A stretch of DNA of 32,000 nucleotides from contig CAZECW010000004.1 of assembly GCA_964510585.1 (NCBI GenBank), positions 36,751 to 68,750 on the forward strand, written 5' to 3'. A program made the position numbers and the translations under genes. Shown here in pieces: positions 8,238 to 16,706 of this stretch (position 1 is the stretch's first letter; each line of letters starts with the position of its first letter). The stretch comes from an uncultured archaeon. Lineage in GTDB: Archaea > Asgardarchaeota > Jordiarchaeia > Jordiarchaeales > Jordiarchaeaceae. The notes under the pieces are model-generated. The model had not been told where the DNA came from and ran no database searches. It worked only from the letters and a program-made list of their open reading frames with translations.

Positions 8238-9242
8238 TTATTCTAGAATCTGGTTGTCTAGTTTTCCATAATTTTTCTGGTATCTTGCCTTAAATTCTTC
8301 GATTGTGAATTTGTGATTTTGGGTTCCCTCATGTTCTACGGCGTATCCTCCACACACGGCTCCCATTTGGCATGCTATTTTTAGTTCTTCTATAGATAAA
8401 TCTTCTAATCGGGGGTTAATTTTTGAAAGTCCAGAAAGTAGTCCGCCTCTGAAGGCGTCGCCTGCGCCTGTGGGGTCAACTAGTTTGGAAATTTTTACTG
8501 CTGGTATGTTGATTTGTTCATTGTTTAAGTAGATGGAGCAGCCGCGTTCACCGCGAGTAATGATTGTGGCATCTATAATGTCATCTAATTTCTTTTGCAG
8601 CTTGTTTTCAACCAGCCCTGCTTCGTAATCGTTAACTATGAGTATTGATGCCCCGCTAATAAATTTGTAGAGGTCCTCTGGCGCGAAATTGTAAATCATT
8701 TGACCTGGATCTGCGATGAATGGGACGCCTAGTTCTTTGAATTCTTTGGCGTGGCGGCACATTGTTCCTATGGGGTTGGGTGAAACTATGCCCAGTTCAA
8801 CGTTTTTGTTTTTCACTATCTCTCTTATTTTTATGTTGCAAGTGTCTTGAAGGGCGCCTGTGTGAAAAATGGACATTTGGTCTCCTATTTTGCTCGTTAC
8901 AATGTAGGCTTCAGCGGTGTCTTCCTCTTCGCACACCACTAATCCGCTTAAATCTATTCCACATTTTTCCAAGTGTTTTTTGTAATCGCGACTAACGAAA
9001 TCTTTCCCAACACAAGATATTGGAAGAGGATTACCATTGGTTAGTTTCATATTGTACGCTATGTTTAGAGCGGTTCCGCCAAATGATACCTTCTTATTTA
9101 CTAAGAAGGAAAAGCTGATTCGGGTGTCCCTGCCCCTTTTTTCAATGGCGTTTCTAAAAATTTCATCAAGAGTTTCTTCAGTAAACGCTATCACATCAAA
9201 CGCCGCAGATCCCGAAATAGCAACCTTCTCCTTTTTCGGCAA
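8238..9242 (-). CDS. PfkB-family carbohydrate kinase, adenosine/nucleoside kinase-like
   Basis: SGSAAFD, FGGTALNIAY, DPGQ, VNDYE, DPTGAGDAFRGG. Start placed at TTG 9242; the ORF is open to 9296. Confidence 0.85.
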   Translation of the reverse strand: MPKKEKVAISGSAAFDVIAFTEETLDEIFRNAIEKRGRDTRISFSFLVNKKVSFGGTALNIAYNMKLTNGNPLPISCVGKDFVSRDYKKHLEKCGIDLSGLVVCEEEDTAEAYIVTSKIGDQMSIFHTGALQDTCNIKIREIVKNKNVELGIVSPNPIGTMCRHAKEFKELGVPFIADPGQMIYNFAPEDLYKFISGASILIVNDYEAGLVENKLQKKLDDIIDATIITRGERGCSIYLNNEQINIPAVKISKLVDPTGAGDAFRGGLLSGLSKINPRLEDLSIEELKIACQMGAVCGGYAVEHEGTQNHKFTIEEFKARYQKNYGKLDNQILE

Positions 9243-9697
9243 GGTGGTCAGGCCTTCACTTCGTATTTCTTGAAAAACATTAAATTCTCTAAACAAATTA
9301 AATAAGTAAATTTTATGGCATTTAGAATAAAAATATTTTCACACATTTATTGAAAAAAAGCAGTGGAAACCCTTGAATTTTTCAAAAGTTTTCATCACGC
9401 AAAACAATTCCGACAAGATAAGGACATAATTATTTACTTTCCATCATCCTCAATGAATATTTTCGTGTTTTGGCTTTTACATACATGAAAAACTTCTCGT
9501 ACTTAGAGGGGAAGAGGGCACTGGAAACTCTGTAAAATCGTTGACGAGGAAAAACAAGTTTAACGGAGAGCGCCAGCAATTACTGTATACTTCTTTTTTA
9601 TGGTTTCAGGATTTCCCAAACAAATATTCTAAAATTGGAAAGTTTCTTTGGCTTACTGAAATTGAGTAGAGAAATGAACTAAGGGGGGAAGTGGGGT

Positions 9698-10783
9698 TTA
9701 GGTTTTAAGGTACGAGTTTACTTCCTTGGGATCGAATATTTCGGTGTTTAAAACGTTATTTATGAAGTTGAATAGTTTAAGGCGTGTATCTTTACTTAAA
9801 TCTGGATACCAGATGGGATTCGCTATTACGAGGCATCTCCAGGCGTAAAAGGGTTGGAGTACTTTGAGAATCTCTTCATCTTCCGTTTTTTCTAAGTAGT
9901 TATTGAAGAACAGATGGTAGAGTTTTTCGAATGGCCCTTCGAGTTTTCCGTATTTCAGTAAGCTGAAGAAGATGTAGTTTATGGTTAGAGCGGTGACATC
10001 GTCTGCTGCTTCTCCCCATTCTCCTCGGCTTCTGTCAAATACTGTTAAATCTGTTCCTTCCCTGAAAAAGATGTTCCAAGGGTGATAATCGCCGTGCTCC
10101 TGACACAATCTGTGAGTGTACTTCTTAAGCTTCCACCTCCAATCTATGCATTTCTTCTCTATTTCGCTGAGCTTCACTTGGTGGACGAGCTCAAAATCTG
10201 GGGGGTAAGAATCGGTTAATCCGAAAATGCATTCACCGTGGCCTATTAATTCTCTAATCCTTTTCACGTAGAGGTGGGGCTCATTCCTCTTTACAGAATG
10301 AATTTCCACTAGGTAATCGGATAACTTCTCTGCACGCTTCTCATCCAAGATTGTTAGGCTGCCTCTTTCAGAAATTTTTTCTAAATCAACCTTGTAAAGG
10401 GTTCCCTCAACGAACTCCACATTCATGAAAAACTCTTCAGCATCGCCAACCGAAACAATACGGCCGTCACTCATAAAGGCTCCACAGTCAAGGGAGCGGA
10501 CATGGAGAGGCAAACGATTATAGGTGGTGTGCGCTGTGAGAACCACGTGTGCCCTGTCGGGCATATATTCGTGTCCGAACTGTGAAGGCGCCACGGTTTC
10601 AATCAAGTACTTTTTTCTTGTGCCATTATACTCCACTTCTATCACGCGGTGAATGCCATATCCTGCCTTTTTCAACTTCGCCTTTTCTTCGCCGCCTAAA
10701 CCACTAACGCTCACAATCTTTACTTTGGTGCCAAGTATTTGGCTGTAATATCTTTGGAGTTCGTCTTCCCTATAATAACTCAT
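9698..10783 (-). CDS. Aminoglycoside phosphotransferase/choline kinase-fold protein
   Basis: Brenner-type motif HGDYHPWNIF followed by FDRSRGEWGEAADDV; SD GAGGGGT. Confidence 0.8.
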   Translation of the reverse strand: MSYYREDELQRYYSQILGTKVKIVSVSGLGGEEKAKLKKAGYGIHRVIEVEYNGTRKKYLIETVAPSQFGHEYMPDRAHVVLTAHTTYNRLPLHVRSLDCGAFMSDGRIVSVGDAEEFFMNVEFVEGTLYKVDLEKISERGSLTILDEKRAEKLSDYLVEIHSVKRNEPHLYVKRIRELIGHGECIFGLTDSYPPDFELVHQVKLSEIEKKCIDWRWKLKKYTHRLCQEHGDYHPWNIFFREGTDLTVFDRSRGEWGEAADDVTALTINYIFFSLLKYGKLEGPFEKLYHLFFNNYLEKTEDEEILKVLQPFYAWRCLVIANPIWYPDLSKDTRLKLFNFINNVLNTEIFDPKEVNSYLKT

Positions 10784-10999
10784 TGAAGTTTAACCCCTCT
10801 TAGTAGGTTATGAAGTTCTTTCAATTAAATTGACAAAATTTATAGTTAAAAAAACTTACTACTTTAATTGTCTTCCTAAAAAGGATTCCTTACTTCGAAA
10901 AATAAGGAAACACTCTGCATGTTTAAAACATAGATTTCTCAGAAACACATCGCACATTTTAATTCCTAAACCAGTTATTATTGTTGGAGAGGTTGTAAG

Positions 11000-12595
11000 T
11001 TGGATATTGTTATCAAGAACGCAAGAATTATTGATGGAACTGGAACCCCCCGGTTTAAAGGAGAGATTGGCATTACAGGAGAAAGAATAGTGGAGATAGA
11101 CAAAGGCATATCTACCAGAGGGGATAGAATCATCGATGCTAAGGGTCTTATTGTAACTCCTGGCTTTATTGATGCGCACACGCACTCAGATGCGACTTTA
11201 TTAATGGAAAGAAGTGCGCTGAATTATATTAGTCAGGGTGTGACCACAAATGTTATTGGAAACTGTGGCTTATCTGCAGCCCCATTAAATAAGAGAACTG
11301 TAAAAGACCTGCTTACACTTGTAGCGCCAGATTTTAAAGGGGATCCTACCGAGATGTGGACCAGTTTTGGGGGATATCTTGACTTTTTGACATTTGTGAG
11401 TACAGCCATTAATGTTGTTCCACTTGTGGGGCATAACACCATCCGAATTGCTGTGATGGGCATAGAGGAGAGAGATCCATCTGAAGATGAACTTGAAGAG
11501 ATGAGGAGATTGACGGAACAGAGTATGAGGGAGGGGGCGTTTGGTCTATCAGCAGGTTTAATCTATGTACCCGGTATTTTCACCAGAAAAGAGGAGTTAA
11601 TAGAGCTCTGTAAAGTAGTTTCCAGGTATGGGGGAATATTCACTATTCATATAAGAGGAGAGGGGGATACAGGAGTACAAGCCATAAAGGAAGCCATAGA
11701 AATAGCAAGAAGGGCGCAAGTGCCCTTAGAGATTTCTCACTTTAAATCAGAAGGGAAAAGAAACTGGGGGAAGGCTCAAGAGAGATTGAGGCTGATTGAG
11801 AGTGCCAGGAAAGAAGGTATCGATGTGACTGCTGATTTTTATCCTTATACTTTCGCTTTGACATTTTTGCATTCCCTTTTTCCGACTTGGATTTTCAGAG
11901 ATGGTTTGGAAGCTGTACCTGAAAAATTGAAGAATCCAACTATTCGTGAACAATTGAGAGAGTATTTTAGGCTTGCTGGTGATGTTGTGGGAATCTCTGA
12001 TGTGGAGGATTGGCGCACCGTTGTTCTATCTAATCCCAGTAACCCAAAGTATAAAGGTAAATCAGTATTGGAAATTGCGGGAGAACAGCGTAAGGATATA
12101 GTTGATACCGTTTGTGAACTAGTGCAGTCAGAGGGCTTATCGCTGGGAATTCTTCTGCTCTGGATGAGTGAGGAGGATGTTGATGTAATAGCAAAGCACC
12201 CGCTAATTATGGTGGGCTCCGATGGGGCTGTTGTTACTTCACCAAAAGAAATGATTCACCCCCGATACTACGGCACTTTCACAAGAGTTTTAGGATACTA
12301 TGTTCGGGAGAAAAAGCTTATGGGCCTTGAGGAAGCTGTACGAAAGATGACATCGTTACCAGCTCAGAGATTCGGACTAAAAGATAGAGGTGTCTTGAGG
12401 GAGGGAAACTATGCGGATTGTGTCATCTTTGACCCAGAAAGAGTGAAAGACTGTGCCACTATAGATGAGCCGAACAAGTTGTCTGAGGGAATAGAATATG
12501 TTATTGTTAATGGAACCGTGGTATTTGAACATGGAAAATTTGCGGGGAAGTATCCTGGCAAGATTCTGAGGAAAAAGGTAAAGGAGAATTGTTAA
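11000..12595 (+). CDS. D-aminoacylase (N-acyl-D-amino-acid deacylase) family amidohydrolase
   Basis: PGFIDAHTHSD, GNCG, HIRGE, ISHFK, VGSDG, HPRYYGTFTRVL, RKMTSLPA.RFGLKDRG; TTG start with SD GGAGAGGT. Confidence 0.88.
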   Translation: MDIVIKNARIIDGTGTPRFKGEIGITGERIVEIDKGISTRGDRIIDAKGLIVTPGFIDAHTHSDATLLMERSALNYISQGVTTNVIGNCGLSAAPLNKRTVKDLLTLVAPDFKGDPTEMWTSFGGYLDFLTFVSTAINVVPLVGHNTIRIAVMGIEERDPSEDELEEMRRLTEQSMREGAFGLSAGLIYVPGIFTRKEELIELCKVVSRYGGIFTIHIRGEGDTGVQAIKEAIEIARRAQVPLEISHFKSEGKRNWGKAQERLRLIESARKEGIDVTADFYPYTFALTFLHSLFPTWIFRDGLEAVPEKLKNPTIREQLREYFRLAGDVVGISDVEDWRTVVLSNPSNPKYKGKSVLEIAGEQRKDIVDTVCELVQSEGLSLGILLLWMSEEDVDVIAKHPLIMVGSDGAVVTSPKEMIHPRYYGTFTRVLGYYVREKKLMGLEEAVRKMTSLPAQRFGLKDRGVLREGNYADCVIFDPERVKDCATIDEPNKLSEGIEYVIVNGTVVFEHGKFAGKYPGKILRKKVKENC

Positions 12596-12639
12596 AGGAC
12601 AAATAGTGTAGAGGCAGCATTTATTTTTGGGGTGTTAGC

Positions 12640-13719
12640 ATGAAGGTTAAGATAAATGGAAAAGTTATGGAGTACCGCAATGTCTGGATGGAAAACGGCG
12701 TTGTTAACATGATTGACCAAACAAGGTTACCTTTCGAGTTTAGAATACAAAAAACAAAAAATTACAGGGAAACTGCCGAAGCAATACGAAAAATGCAAAT
12801 AAGGGGAGCCCCAGCAATCGGTGTAGCGGCATCATACGGATTAGTACAAGCTGCCCTAGAATTCAAAAATTTAGAGCCGAAGGAGTTCTGGAGAAAAATG
12901 GAAGAGGTTGCCCAAGAGTTTCTCAACACCCGCCCCACAGCCGTAGATCTACATAACATGATGGAAAGGATGATGACGAGGATAAAAAAGGCGGGGAGCC
13001 CCCAACAATGCCTGCAAATTGCACTTAGTGAATCTCAGCTGATAGCGGAAGAAAACGCTGAAGCATGTAAGAAGATTGGGCTCCTGGGCAGAGACTTAAT
13101 TAAGGATGGGGACGGGGTGCTAACACACTGTAATACTGGCGCCCTAGGCACGGTCGATTATGGCACAGCTATAAGCATAATAAAGTTCGCTCACTATCAG
13201 GGTAAGAAATTCATTGTACTGGCAACTGAAACCAGGCCTTGGCTGCAGGGACGCCTAACTGATTGGGAGCTAACACAGGAAGACATTGAGCACTACATTA
13301 TAGCGGATTCGGCTGCGGGGTACTATATGGATAAGGGGGATGTCCAAATTGTGTTGGTTGGCGCTGACAGAATACTGCCAAACGGCGACGTTATAAACAA
13401 GATTGGTACACGCACACTGGCAGTACTGGCACATGAAAACAATATTCCCTTCGTAGTGGCTGCACCAACAACCTCAATAGATCTTTTTCCAAAGGCTGAA
13501 AACATTAAGATAGAAGAGAGAGACACCAAGGAAATAACCCACATAAAGGGGTATAATGAGGAAACAAAGGAGTTACAAACATTAAGACTCTACTTAACAG
13601 ACTGGGTAAAGAACCCCGTATTTGATATAACTCCTGCAAAATATATTTCCAAAATAGTTACCGAAAACCAGATCATTGAACCACCATACGATCTTAAAAC
13701 GCAGCTCAAAAATGAATAA
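12640..13719 (+). CDS. mtnA: S-methyl-5-thioribose-1-phosphate isomerase (eIF-2B alpha family)
   Basis: IRGAPAIG, TRPTAVDL, THCNTGALGTVDYGTA (catalytic Cys), ETRPWLQG, GADRI (catalytic Asp), NKIGT, NPVFDITP; MTA phosphorylase is the next gene. Confidence 0.85.
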   Translation: MKVKINGKVMEYRNVWMENGVVNMIDQTRLPFEFRIQKTKNYRETAEAIRKMQIRGAPAIGVAASYGLVQAALEFKNLEPKEFWRKMEEVAQEFLNTRPTAVDLHNMMERMMTRIKKAGSPQQCLQIALSESQLIAEENAEACKKIGLLGRDLIKDGDGVLTHCNTGALGTVDYGTAISIIKFAHYQGKKFIVLATETRPWLQGRLTDWELTQEDIEHYIIADSAAGYYMDKGDVQIVLVGADRILPNGDVINKIGTRTLAVLAHENNIPFVVAAPTTSIDLFPKAENIKIEERDTKEITHIKGYNEETKELQTLRLYLTDWVKNPVFDITPAKYISKIVTENQIIEPPYDLKTQLKNE

Positions 13720-14282
13720 TCACTAACAAGAATTAGTTCCAATTAAGATTAGTATTGATAGAAGAAGCGGGAGTAAAATTACTCAGAAGGCTCCTCCCAT
13801 TATTTTTTTCTGCTACATTTAGAGGCTGTGGCAGGTTTCAACTTAAACATACACTTTTTAAAGCAATAGCCTGAAAAATGAAAATTATAAGCGGTGCCCC
13901 TACCAAGAAAAAGGGGAATGGTGAGCTAGTAAGGTTGAGTAAAAGATAACATTTTTTCATGGTGGAAACGTGGCAATTTTTGAAGAATACGAGAGTTGAG
14001 ATGGGGACTTACAAAGGACAATTAAAAGAAGCTAGAATTTGTATAAGAAAAAATTAAAACCAGAAGGAGGCAGAGTAATTAAGCTAAAGCCAAATATTCC
14101 CAGGAGTAAAGTAAACTAGTCTTGATAGAAAAAAGATTGTAAAACTAATCTTCCAATTCGGAAAGTCTATTGCTTGAGTTTTAAAAAATAATTAATATTA
14201 TAAATGTGTAAATCCCAAAGAATTAAAACAAAAATAGAAAAAGTTGCCTGAAAACAAGCAATAATAATAGGAGGATATCCAG

Positions 14283-15137
14283 ATGACAAGGAAAGAAGCC
14301 GTGTTTGTACCTATAGGCGTTTCCAAAGAAGAAGTTGAGGAGTTCTTACCGGTAGAAATAGGTATCCTTGGTGGAACAGGAAACTATGACCCCGCAATAT
14401 TTGAGAAACCCAAAGAAATTAAGGTGTACACGCCTTACGGAGCTCCATCAGACAATGTCATTATTGGATTGGTGAAGGGGCGTAAAGTGGCTTTCCTAGC
14501 AAGACATGGTAGGCACCACTCAATACCGCCCCACCAGATTAACTACAGGGCTAATATCTGGGCATTCAAAAGCCTCGGAGTTACAAGAATCTTTTCCCCT
14601 GCTGCCTGTGGAAGCTTGCAACCAGAAACAATTAAGCCGGGAGAGTTCGTGATTGCCACGCAGATTTTTGATAGAACCTTTGGACAGAGGAAGGACACCT
14701 TCTTTGAGGGGGGAGTTGTGGGCCATGTGGAGTTCGCAGACCCCTTCTGCCCTGAGCTAAGGAAAATAGTCATTGACACTGCCCACGAGTTAGGTCTCAA
14801 AATACATGAGGAGGGTACCTATGTTTGCATAAATGGTCCAAGGTTCAGCACTAGAGCGGAAAGTCTCTTCTACAAGAGCCAGGGATTTTCAGTGGTGGGG
14901 ATGACCTGTTACCCAGAATGTGCTCTGGCGAAAGAGGCGGAAATTTGTATGGTTAACATTTCGATGCCCACCGATGTAGACGTTTATGGCATAGTGCCTG
15001 TTAACGCAGCAGCGGTGGCGAAGAGTATGAGAGAGAACATAGCCAATGTAAGAAAATTATTATATACGGCTATAGAGCGAGTGCCAAAGGAACGAAAGTG
15101 TAAATGTAGCAGAGTTCTAGATCTTGCATTGTACTAA
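14283..15137 (+). CDS. mtnP: S-methyl-5'-thioadenosine phosphorylase
   Basis: IGILGGTG, TPYGAPS, LARHG.HHSIPPHQINYRANIWA, DPFCPELR, GPRFSTRAES, VGMT, TDVD (DxD 6-aminopurine determinant). Confidence 0.88.
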   Translation: MTRKEAVFVPIGVSKEEVEEFLPVEIGILGGTGNYDPAIFEKPKEIKVYTPYGAPSDNVIIGLVKGRKVAFLARHGRHHSIPPHQINYRANIWAFKSLGVTRIFSPAACGSLQPETIKPGEFVIATQIFDRTFGQRKDTFFEGGVVGHVEFADPFCPELRKIVIDTAHELGLKIHEEGTYVCINGPRFSTRAESLFYKSQGFSVVGMTCYPECALAKEAEICMVNISMPTDVDVYGIVPVNAAAVAKSMRENIANVRKLLYTAIERVPKERKCKCSRVLDLALY

Positions 15138-15611
15138 TAAGATAAATATTGTAAAGAGCTCCTTTCCCCAAATTACTTAGATTTATTTTTAAAACATACA
15201 CCTTTTTAGAAAACGGCTGTTTTAAATATGGTTCAGCAATTAAGCCAATGGTTTACAGAATCGTTGGCGAGATAGGTCCCCGATTTTTGGGAGGACGCCA
15301 AAATTTGATGATTCTCTAGTTTCCCGGTTAACGACTAATTCTTGACCTTACAAGAATGTTGAATAGAAAGGCTCTCAACTTTAGTCGCAGTGGGTGTCAA
15401 CTTTTTCAAGATGTAATTTTCGGCGCTCATCTGCTTACATAGGACTTAATCATTTTAATATTATTTTTGTATATTTGTTATGGTTTTATTATATTTATTT
15501 TTTATAATACATATTGTTATTGTCTTTTTCCTTTTATAATTTTTTGACAAAGGTTTAAAGCTATGGATGGCTAATAGGTAACTACACATAATATCTGAGA
15601 GGTGTATCTTT

Positions 15612-16667
15612 TTGTCGATAAAAAGCCCTACCGCAGATGATGTTTTCAAAAAGTGGCTGGAGCGCGCGGACTTGGGTAAACTTGAGAAGGCGTTTTCAGT
15701 CAAGCACGTCAAGTTTGAAAGATCAAATGTTTCTGCCTCGGAGTCTGTTAAAAACGTGGAGAAACATGCGGTATTTTTCTTCTACTCTAAAATAGAACCC
15801 TCTATTGGTAAGGAAGCTGAAAAAAAGTTAGTAGACATTGATGAGCTGAGAAAAGTGACCTTTTATGACTTTGGAAACAAACAAGTAGACTTGACCGAGT
15901 GGAAGGACAAGAAGCTCGTTCCTTTATACTCCTCCATCAAGGAGATTAGTTGCAGTGAGTGTAATGGTAAGGGATTCATCGCCTGTGACAAGTGTAAAGG
16001 TTCAGGGACATTGGAATGCAAGAAGTGCAAAGGAACGGGAAGCCTCACCTGCAACGCTTGTAAAGGAGAAAAGAAACTTTACCTAAATTTAAAGGTTATA
16101 ACAGCAGAGGGTAAGAAGACAGATATAGAAATGCCTTATAACTGCGATTTATGCGGGGGAGTTGGAACAATATATTGTGACAATTGCGCTGGCACTGGTA
16201 AAATCGACTGCGACAAGTGTCATGGAGGAACCAAAAACCCCTGCAAGAAGTGCAAAGCCACAGGTACACTATTTGAGTATACCATCGGTCCTGTGCCATT
16301 CAAGCCCGCGGTTATCCCTAAACTATTCTTCAGACCAGAATTTGAAAAGTACTTGGGAAAATTGATAGATAAAGAATTTGCCAACATTGAGGGGATAGTC
16401 ATTAGGAACTATGAAAACCTATCAGAAAAGGAACTCACGCCACAGTTGGGATTCTTCAACAAAGAGGTCGAAGACAAAATGAAAAAGGCTAGGGACACTT
16501 TTAAAGAGTTAGAGAAAAAGGCGGCTAAGGGCGGCGAAAAACCAGAATACCCAATATATGTTTATCCACTGCTTAAACTCGACGTGGAATCACCTAGAGG
16601 TAAGAAATTCACCATTTTCAGTATAGGAACTGAACGCGGCTACATCGTAACTGATTATGGATTTTAA
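15612..16667 (+). CDS. DnaJ-type CxxCxGxG zinc-finger protein without J domain, SSUH2-like
   Basis: Eight CxxC motifs in two blocks of four; no HPD motif. C-terminus PLL...GKKFTIFSIGTE.....DY resembles SSUH2 as I recall it. TTG start with SD GAGGTG. Confidence 0.75.
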   Translation: MSIKSPTADDVFKKWLERADLGKLEKAFSVKHVKFERSNVSASESVKNVEKHAVFFFYSKIEPSIGKEAEKKLVDIDELRKVTFYDFGNKQVDLTEWKDKKLVPLYSSIKEISCSECNGKGFIACDKCKGSGTLECKKCKGTGSLTCNACKGEKKLYLNLKVITAEGKKTDIEMPYNCDLCGGVGTIYCDNCAGTGKIDCDKCHGGTKNPCKKCKATGTLFEYTIGPVPFKPAVIPKLFFRPEFEKYLGKLIDKEFANIEGIVIRNYENLSEKELTPQLGFFNKEVEDKMKKARDTFKELEKKAAKGGEKPEYPIYVYPLLKLDVESPRGKKFTIFSIGTERGYIVTDYGF

Positions 16668-16682
16668 AAAGGCAATCTCACT

Positions 16683-16706
16683 CCCCTAGCAGGGGCTTTT
16701 ACTTTT
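16683..16706. terminator. Short hairpin plus T-run between convergent genes
   Basis: CCCCT-AGC-AGGGG followed by CTTTTACTTTTT between the stops at 16667 and 16699. Confidence 0.35.

Noticed and set aside
9430-9579. 49-codon minus-strand ORF in the PfkB-APH spacer
   Set aside because: No SD, no recognisable motif, and a competing plus-strand frame.
15138-15611. C/D box sRNA or pseudogene
   Set aside because: TGATGA is present without a properly placed CTGA; frames have multiple stops and no recognisable family.
15612-16667. DnaJ chaperone
   Set aside because: No J domain or HPD motif and no G/F region.
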